From the NCBI GenBank assembly GCA_028826165.1, contig JAPDFW010000057.1, positions 496,001 to 560,000 on the forward strand: DNA of 64,000 nucleotides, given 5' to 3'. This stretch comes from Anaeramoeba ignava BMAN. Its lineage: Eukaryota; Protista; Anaeramoebae. Shown here piece by piece: positions 38,501 to 47,715 of the stretch. The notes under the pieces were generated by a model. It was given only the letters and a program-made list of their open reading frames with translations, was not told the DNA's origin and did no database searches. Each line of letters begins with the position of its first letter. Positions within the stretch are counted from its first letter, which is position 1. Made by a program: the position numbers and the translations under genes.

Positions 38501-39245
38501 AAATCAATCAAATAAAAATGAATCAAATCAATTAAATCAATCAAATGAAAATAAATCAAATGAATCAAATCAATTAAATGAATCAAATCAATTAAATCAA
38601 TCAAATGAAAATAAATCAAATGAATTAAATCAATTAAATGAATTAAATGAAAATGAATTAAATCAATTAAATCAATCAAATGAAAATGAATTAAATGAAT
38701 TAAATGAATCAAATAAATCAAATAAATTAAATAAATTAAATAAATTAAATGAATTAAATGAATTAAATAAATTAAATAAATTAAATAAAAATGAATTAAA
38801 TCAACCAAATGAATCAAATAAATCAAATAAATCAAATAAATCAAATAAATCAAATAAATCAAATAAATCAAATAAATCAAATAAATTAAATAAATTAAAT
38901 AAATTAAATGAAAATGAATTAAATCAATTAAATCAATTAAATGAATCAAATCAATTAAATGAAAATGAATCAAATAAATTAAATAAAAATGAATCAAATA
39001 AATTAAATGAAAATGAATCAAATAAATCAAATGAAAATGAATCAAATGAATCAAATGAATTAAATAAATTAAATGAATTAAATGAAAATAAATTAAATTC
39101 AATTATTTCACAAAGATCAAAAATTTCACTTTTACATAATTTTGAATCAACTAAAAAACATGTTTTTAACTCATTTTTAACAAATAATTTCTTATCAACA
39201 CAATTTAAAAATTCATTTCCTTTAAATTTCCAAATTAAAAAATAA
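35591..39245 (+). CDS. Two-SH3 coiled-coil protein with a long N-x-(S/L) repeat tail; introns at 36120-36578 and 36620-36763, frame slip near 37235
   Basis: ATG 35591 follows an initiator. SH3-1 is assembled across the introns (ALVLFNYDSQSSDE|ISI..DGW..GLFPETF); SH3-2 is NYEAQNPDEIS..DGW..GFFPTTF. Confidence 0.75.
37935..39100 (+). repeat. Coding 9-nt repeat AAT-(G/C/A)AA-T(C/T)A encoding N(E/Q/K)(S/L)
   Basis: About 390 codons of open frame made of the tripeptide repeat. Confidence 0.92.
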
Positions 39246-39330
39246 TTTTTTTTTTATCAAAAAACAAAAATAAAAAATAAAAATAAAAATAAAAAACAAA
39301 ATTTTTTTTTTCTTTTTTTTTTTCTTTTTC

Positions 39331-39448
39331 TGAGTTTTGGGTGTCATTGTTCCATTGGGGAATCTTTAGCGTCATCCTCTTCAAAAGAGTCGGAGTGAGC
39401 TGGTATTTGAAAAAGATTCAAGGTTTTTAATCATCCACCCATTTCTCA
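39331..39448 (-). ncRNA. Candidate box C/D snoRNA, predicted guide for the LSU Am equivalent to yeast 25S A2946 (snR71/SNORD29-type site)
   Basis: GC-rich intergenic island. Terminal stem TGGGTG/CACCCA; boxes C TGGATGA, D' CCGA, C' GGATGA, D ATGA in the correct order; guide CCAGCTCAC is complementary to conserved LSU GUGAGCUGG; it has its own initiator at 39455-39475. Confidence 0.65.
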
Positions 39449-39454
39449 AATAAA

Positions 39455-39512
39455 TTGAAAAATGAAAAAAAAAAATTTAAAAAAAAAATTTTTTCATTTT
39501 TTTCATTTTTTT
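39455..39512. promoter_or_regulatory. Bidirectional core promoter: leftward initiator for the ncRNA, rightward initiator for the TAF-like gene
   Basis: TGAAAAATGAAAA (minus-strand TCATTTTTCA) at 39456-39470 sits back-to-back with TTTTCATTTTTTCATTTT at 39491-39510. The same layout occurs at 101-240 and 31795-31840. Confidence 0.6.
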
Positions 39513-39527
39513 TTAATAATAATAATA

Positions 39528-41007
39528 ATGTCAGATAATTTATTTGCTTCATTTATTGCTAAAAAAGTAATTGCTTATATTATTCAAAATAAAGGATATG
39601 AATCAATAGAACAATCTGCATTAGAAGTTCTTATAGAAATTATGGAAAGATGTATAAATTCATTTTGAAATTAAAATTAATTTTGAAATTAAAATTCATT
39701 TTGAAATTAAAATTATAATTAAAATTCATTTTGAAATTAAAATTAAAATTCATTTTAAAATTAAAATTATAATTAAAATTAAAATTAAAATTAAAATTCA
39801 TTTTAAAATTAAAATTAAAATTCATTTTGAAATTAAAATTCATTTTGAAATTAAAATTAAAATTCATTTTGAAATTAAAATTAAAATTAAAATTCATTTT
39901 GAAATTAAAATTCAAATTAAAATTAAAATTAAAATTCATTTTGAATTTAAAATTAAAATTAATTTTGAAATTAAAATTCATTTTGAAATTAAAATTCATT
40001 TTGAAATTAAAATTCATTTTGAAATTAAAATTAAAATTCATTTTGAAATTCATTTTAAAATTAAAATTCATTTTGAATTTAAAAATTAAAATTAAAATTA
40101 AAATTAATTTTGAAATTAAAATTCATTTATTGATTTAAAATTCAAATTCAAATTAAAATTAAAATTCATTTTGAAATTAAAATTCATTTTGAAATTAAAA
40201 TTAAAATTCATTTTGAAATTAAAATTCATTTTGAATTTAAATTCATTTTGTAAAGATATTGAAAAACTTGGCAGAGAAACAAAAATAATAACAGAACTTG
40301 GAAAAAGAACGAAATCTAATTTTAATGATGTTCAATTTGCACTTTTAAAATTTAAAACATCAACTCCCGATTTAGAAGATTTTGTTTGTCAAACAAATCA
40401 ACCAATTTTTGATCAAAAAATTCAATCATTTCCAATTCCTCAATCATCTTATAAATCAAAAAAACCAAAACCGATATCAAACTATAAAAGAAATCAAGAA
40501 GAAAATAATTTCAAAATGGATGAAGAAGAAAACCGAAGCAATATGATTGATAACGGACTTTTTGATAGAATAATAACATCAAATGATGAAAATATTTTAC
40601 AAAATGATGAAAATAATGAAAATCAATTAGAAAATGATGAAAATAATGAAAATCAATTAGAAAATGATGAAAATAATGAAAATCAATTAGAAAATGATTT
40701 GGATTCAAAACCAAAACTGATTCTTCCTTTTACACTTCCAGATTTTCCAAATCAAAATCATTTATCAGAAGATTTTATCAAAAATGATTTAAATGAAAAT
40801 TTAACTGAAAATTTAAATTCAAATTTAAATCAAAATGAAATTCAGAATTTTTTGGATCCAATTGATAAAATTTTACTTGATATAACAACTCAACAAGAAT
40901 TATTAAGAAAAACTGAGAAAAAAAAAACACATGAAGCTTTACAATTACGTCAAAATTACTTTAAAAATTCAAATGATTTAAATTATGGAAATGATCTTAA
41001 ATTTTAG
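39528..41007 (+). CDS. Bromodomain-associated (BTP) histone-fold protein, TAF8/TAF3-like; intron at 39652-40255
   Basis: KKVIAYIIQNKGYESIEQSALEVLIEIMER|YIEKLG..ELGKRTKSNFNDVQFAL, plus a later PFTLPDFP motif. Confidence 0.75.
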
Positions 41008-41154
41008 TTTTGAAAAATAAATAACTTTTCATTTATTTGTTTCATCAAAAAAAAAATTAATAAAAAAAAAATTTAAATAAAATGATTTTTTTTATTTTCA
41101 TTTTTTTTTTCCTTTTTATTTTTGTTTTAAAAGAAAAAAAAAATATTTAATAAA

Positions 41155-44100
41155 ATGAATCAAGCTGTTAGATTAATTGAACTTGAAAAAAGACCAAACC
41201 CTCAAAAAAATAAAATTAAAAAACCAATTTTTGATTACGAATCAGAAAAAAATTCAATTACTGTTAAAAAAGCAAAGTTACCTCTTTTATTTGAAATTCC
41301 AAAAGATGATATTCAAGTTTTAAGACTTGAAAGAGCTCATAGAACAACTAAAACTGAATTTACAAAAAAAGTAAGCTTTTTCCAAACTTTTAAAATTAAA
41401 AAAAAATTTTTTTTTTCTTTTGATTTGTTTATTCATTTTGTTCTTAATTAATTTAAATAGAGTGAAACAAAAGGAAAATTTCCTTTTATTACAACTAGTG
41501 TTTGTTACCACTTTCAAATTAATAAAAACTTTTCCTGATTCCTTTTTCCAAAATCTAAATTTAAATTTACAATTCATTTATAAAATTCATTTTAAAATTA
41601 AAATTAAAATTCATTTATAAAATTAAAATTAAAATTAAAATTAATATTAAAATTAATATTAAAATTCATTTATAAAATTTAAAATTAAAATTAAAATTAA
41701 TATTAAAATTTTTGAAAATTCATTTTGAAAAAATAGTCTGGAATTCAAAATAAAATTCCCGTTTATATGAGTGTCTGCTATAATATTTTCTATAAAAATT
41801 TCATTGTTATTCGAAGAAATTACCGAAATTCTTCATTATTAAATTTCCGAATTCCAAATTCTCTTCAATTAAAATTGGAAAATTTTGAAATTGATTTACC
41901 AAAACAACAAGCATTTTTAGAAAAAGAAAATTCAAATTTAAAACAACTCCGTTCACATAATTCACCCAGAATCAAGAAAAACAGTGAAGATCAAAAAATT
42001 GTTCGATTTGAAAGTCAAAATTCATCTGAAGATATTATTTCTTTGTCAAATAAATCAACTAACGATTTAATTGAGTTGGAATCAGATATAAAAGAAAAAA
42101 AGACTATGAATATTTTTGAATTATATGGAAAAAAGCAATTTCTTCAAGACTTTGGAGATTCAAGACAAAATATTGAACCATTTCCAGAAAATGAATTTTA
42201 TCGAATTATCGTTGAACCAAAACAATTACATTTTAATATTTCAAAACAATTTGAGCCTTTATTTTGTTCGATAGCTTTATACAATATTGCGAACAAAACA
42301 AAAGTTTCAGAAAATTTTTATTTTGAATTAAATCCTCCTTTAATTCGTCAAATGATTCCATCTTATGAAAAAGTTCATCCAACAACACTTTGCAAAAAAG
42401 CCATTTTCAAAATATCAAATCCGACTGAAGATATTGTTTTGATTATTCGGATTGATAAAGTTTTCCAAGGATCATATGGCAAAATTAGTAGTCCTTATTT
42501 AAAAAAGGTAAATAAGAAAAAAAAAAAAATCATTTAAAAAATAACAAAACAAAATTGAAAATATTTAAAAATTTGATTTAAAAAAAAATCAGAAAGAACT
42601 GAGCCAACAAGCAGTCGATAAATTATCAGCAAAAGCCTACAATTCTTGTATTGAATACGGCAAATTCAGACAACCTTTAGCTTGGGGTGGATTCAAATTA
42701 TTTAGCAAAGAAAGTGATTCAGGAATTCTTTATTCAGATATGTTTAACAAACAAGAATCACTTACAATGAAGCCGTTATATCAAATCAAAGATCTAATTA
42801 GCGAGCGTGAAATGCTTGATTTTTTACAAAGCGAAAATAGACTCAAAAAGAAGGAGAAGACAATTCCAGGTTCAATGTTCATGTTTGATATCGAAAAATT
42901 CCGAGAAACAGAATCAAATCTTGAATATATCATTAATCCTTCGCATGAATATGTCTCAGAAAATGAATTTGTGATTGATAATTATGGGAATACTTGGATT
43001 GATTTAAGAAAATTGCCGAATCAAACCCAAAACAAAATTCCAACAAGAGAAATTGAGGAGTTTCCTGATTCCGTTACTTTGGATACAAAGCTTTTTTATG
43101 TTAACAATCTCTATATTTACCCCAAATTATTCCCTCCAATCAAATTTTTATCTTTTGGAGTTCGAAATATTCTTGTCAGAGTTCGCTTCAAAGATAATGA
43201 CCACGATCTTGATGATGAAGGACTTCCTGTGTTTTACGGAAGATCAAATGAAACAGAGTTTGTGACTGAGCAATTCACTAAGATTTTATATCACGAAAAA
43301 AAGGTGCATTTCCATGATGAAATCAAAATGAAGTTGCCTTTGGAATTGAATAGCAACCACCACTTGTTGTTTTCTTTCTACCATGTTAATTTTAAGAAGA
43401 GGAGATTATCAGCCATTTTTGAAGAAATCGGCCATTCTGTTTTGGTGTTGTTTCAAGAAAATGCTATTATTCGAAAGGATTTTGCGTTGCCAATTTGCTT
43501 GAATTTGGGAAAGTTTAATTATTTATCTTCAAAGCAACTTCGTCAAAATCTTGGGTTTGAAAATGATTTTCAAGTGCAAATTAAGCTTGTGAGCACAGTT
43601 TATCCTCAAAATTTGAATATTGTCAATGTGTTTAAGTATTTTGCAAATGTTTCTTCACTTGCTGTTCTTCCTTCTTATATCGAATCTTTACAGAATTTAC
43701 GTGAAATGAATGATTTATCTCAAGATATTGTTAATTTTCTTCCTGTTTTATTTAATATTTTACTTAAATTTATTTGCAAGTCGTCACCCAAATTAAATTA
43801 TATTGAAAGATGTGATGAAGATATTAATTTTTATAAGGAATTAGAAAAGGATGAAGATGAAGATATTGAGACTAAAATAAAAAAAGAATTTGGACTTGAA
43901 ACTGAAACTAAAAAAAATGATGAAAAAAATAATGAAAATAATGAAAATAATGAAAATAAAAATAATAATGAAAATATGAAAATAATAATGAAAATCAAAA
44001 TAAAATTGAAATTGATATCGATATCGATATTGAAAAAGATGATTCAACCACAAACAAAAAACAAGAAACTATACAACCACAAACCCAAAAAAAACCTCAA

Positions 44101-47100
44101 TCTCCAAAAAAAGTTGATCAATTTTCACCTTTTAGATTTACACCAAAAAATTTTGGAGTTGAAACATTCAAAACATTTGCAAAACTTGTGAGATTAACAG
44201 AAAAATTGGAAAAACAAAATCAAACACACTTTCTTGAACGCTATGCACAATACATCTTTACAAACATGGAAAACACACACATTTACCCATTCCAAAAAAT
44301 CGTGAAATACTGGAACATTGTTCTTGAAAGCTTTAGCAACCAAAACATAAAAATTCGTTTTGAGGGAGAAGAATTCATCAAACCTGCATGGTTTTATTTT
44401 GAGTTAATTGCAAAATCAATGGTGATATTCCTTGAGCAGAGATCAATTCTCGAGAATAGCCAAACAAGATTTTCACGTTTTAGTCACAAATATTTCAAAT
44501 CACTTCTCAGATTGCTCCAAAATTTAAGCTTGCAAGTTATCAAATATTCTAGTATTGACATGTCAGTTGCAGATAAACTGAACAAATCGATCGGGCTTTT
44601 TATGAAGGATATTTTGGGTGTGATGGATATTGGAAGAGTATTTGATTTGATTCAATCATACATTAATTTTCTAACACATCGAAATAGTTTGAACGAGAAA
44701 ATTTTTGGATTGAAAACAAAATTTTTCCGGGTTGATTAGCGACTATGAGTTTTATATACAAGTAAATCTGCCTATTAAACTGTCATTTTCAAGAACAAAC
44801 ATCAATCTGAAATATATCACTCAATCACACTTCCTTTCTGGATCGATAATCAATCACGTATTCCAGGCTTTTGAAATGAAAAAAACAGGAGGAGTGATTT
44901 ACGATGCAGTGAATTTGATCAGGGATCTACTCTATTATCACTATGTGGATCCAAGATATCAAGACCCGGAATATCGCTCTCATATATGTTGTTTGTATCA
45001 CCCGTTCATCCTGTATCTCATTGACCGTATAGAGCTGTATCGAAACTACGATCTCGAGATCCGGCGAGATCTTCTTGCTTCAATGATATTTATTCTCCAA
45101 TCAATTGATAAAAAATACTTCTTTTCTTGGTGGAAATTCGAAACATCAAGAAGAAAATTCGTTTTCTTTGATCTGCTCAGACTCTGTCTTGACACCTTTG
45201 AATATATTGGAAAGGAAAAAATCAGCCGAACTCAAACTGTTGATAACAGCTTGATTTCTTATGATATTCTCAAAACAAACAACCAAGTCATGGAAGGTAC
45301 AAAGAAATACAAAAACGCCGCAAGGAAAAAAATATTCGACGCACACCAAGAAAAGACATCGCTATTGTCAAAAATGAATCACAAATTTCCGGACGCGATA
45401 ATGGAAAACGCAACTTTTAAGGAAATGATGTCACAAATGCAAAACAAATCTGGATTTTCTGTTGTGATTAATCCAGACTCGATAATCAAGCGAAACGCGA
45501 ATAAAGACCCAGCATTTGAAGGAAATTTATCAACACAGATTACACTGGGTGTGATTGGTGTTCTGGAAGAGGTTTTTGTGTGGGAAAGAAGTCAAAATAC
45601 GAACCAAAAAGACGAATTAATTGACGATCCAATTTTCAATAACATTTTCTCAGTGTTGATTTATCTTTTCGACAAAAACCTCTCTTATTCAGCAACATTA
45701 CAGCTTCTTGAAACAACAAATCTTTTCGTTGATCTGAACCAAAAAAGAATATTCACGGGAGACAACAATTTCATCTCTTTGCTGAGCCAGAAATTATATA
45801 GTAAAGTTGTGTATCAGAACATAGAAGTGCGCAATAAAGCAAATTTTTTGATCTACTTTTTACTGAAGAAGAACTACGAAAACACGGATGATATCTTGCG
45901 TATTCAAATACATTCGACAATTGCCTTTTCAAAGCTGATCGGAGATCCGAAGGAGTTCCGCAACGAGGAGCTTATCAGCGAGACACTTGTGTCAATGAAG
46001 TCTTATGCGCAAAGCGAAAAGCAGGTGAAAAACAAAGAGAAATTCACCAATCTCGTGATAATGCACTCGGAAGAGTTGAAAATGATTCTTGAAAACGGAA
46101 TCAAAATCAGAGAATGTGCAGATGATTCAGAAATCACGTCCGAACTTTATTACAAAATCGCAAACAGCTATCACAAAACACCCGAATTGCGTCTTGCGTG
46201 GCTGGATTCACTTTACCACTACAACCTCTCACACAACAACATCCTTGAATCCTTTGTGAATATTGTTCACATGCTAGCACTCATTTCTGAGTGTCTACTC
46301 TTCATGTATCCCGACAGAAAATGGCTTCCAAAAGGCGCGAGAAAATTCAACAAAATTTTCGCCTCTTGTCAAGAAGAAGTCATAAGCGGCGAGATCATCG
46401 ACATCAAGCGACTCAAGCAGATCCCGTCGTTTTCTGAAGAAGGGCTTGTCAAAATGCTCAATCAAGCAAGCAAAGACGCGAACCAATTCTTGTTCTTCGA
46501 AACAAAAACACAAATCGCAAAAATGCTCTTCAAAATTTACGAACACCAAAGAAACTATCATGCGCTCTCTGAAGGCCATCTGGAACTTAAGACTGTTTTC
46601 GAGGAACTTTCCGAAGAGATCCGCAACAACATGCCCAAACGTTTTCTTTCTTATTTTTACAGAATTGGTTTCTACGGCAATTTGTTCGAAGAACTCAACG
46701 GAAAGGAATTCATATACAGAGAGTCTGGCGAGAATCATCTTTTTGATCTCTCTGTCAAGTTCCGAGAAAAATACGAAACGCAGTTTGGAAAGGATATGTT
46801 CAAAATCATCGAGGATTCCAAAACGGTCGATCCAAATTCACTGGATCCCCAAAAAGCTTATATGCAGATTACTTCTGTCGAGCCTTATTTCACAAAGCAA
46901 GAGGTTTCCGAACGAATCACCATTTTCGAGCGCACAACAAACGCCAACAAATTCTTTTTTGAATCCGCATTCACAAAATCAGGAAAAAAGCTCGGCGCAA
47001 TGGAGGATCAGTACAAACGCTGCACAATTCTAACAACAGAAAAGACTCTTCCTTATCCTGTTAAGCGTGTTCTCGTTGTCAACAAGAACGAGACTGAACT

Positions 47101-47458
47101 TACTCCAATACAAGTTTGGACTGATGATATCCGAAAAAAGAAAAATTTGATCCATGGATTGGTCTCATCTTCTTCAAAAGATCACAAAAAAATTGAACCT
47201 CTTTTGGTTGGAACTTGTTTGCCTACTGTTAATTCAGGTCCCATTGAGATTTGCAGGGTTTTTCTTTCAAATTCAAAAAAATTCCCTGAAAATGATGTGA
47301 TTTTATTGAAAAAGGAATTTAAACAATTTTTGTTCAATTTAAATCTTTTGATTCAAATTCATGAACAAATTCTTCGTGATGATGTAAGAGAATTACATGA
47401 GCAAATCAAACAAGGTTATTCTAAGCTTTATGAGAGTTCCAAACATTATTTGATTTGA
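41155..47458 (+). CDS. DOCK-C/D (zizimin-like) Rho-family GEF with DHR-1 and DHR-2; introns at 41371-41460, 41500-41736 and 42508-42592; frame breaks near 43975 and 44729-44731
   Basis: EPLFCSIALY..KVSENFYF, FRQPLAW, YVNNLYIYP, FHDEIKMKLP..HHLLFSFYHV, SYHKTPELRLAWL, FYRIGFYG, YMQITSVEPYF, TVNSGPIEICRVFL. Confidence 0.93.
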
Positions 47459-47715
47459 TTTAATTCAATTTAATTCAATTTAATTCAATTTGATTTGATT
47501 TGATTTGATTTGATTTGATTTGATTTAATTTAATTCAATTTGATTTGATTTTATTCGATTTAATTCAATTTGAATTAATTTAATTTAATTCAATTTTATT
47601 CGATTTGATTCAATTTGATTTGATTTGAATTCAAAACAAAATTCAAAATTCAATTTAAAAAAAAAATCAATTTATTTTCAAATTTAAAAAATAAATAAAA
47701 ATATTCTTTCTCATT

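Noticed and set aside
39331-39448. tRNA-Sec (CTTCAAA), 5S rRNA, spliceosomal snRNA, SECIS element or TPP riboswitch
   Set aside because: There is no cloverleaf or T-loop, none of the invariant U1/U2/U4/U5/U6 or 5S motifs, and no upstream in-frame UGA gene. The C/D architecture fits better.
23718-39448. NAT10, RCL1 and the snoRNA as a ribosome-biogenesis operon, or a U13-type acetylation guide
   Set aside because: The genes are separated by unrelated genes on both strands, and the RNA shows no complementarity to the SSU helix-45 region.
46295-47033. Longer antisense and alternative-frame ORFs inside DOCK (147 and 195 aa)
   Set aside because: They are an expected by-product of the locally higher GC content and have no recognisable motifs or initiator.
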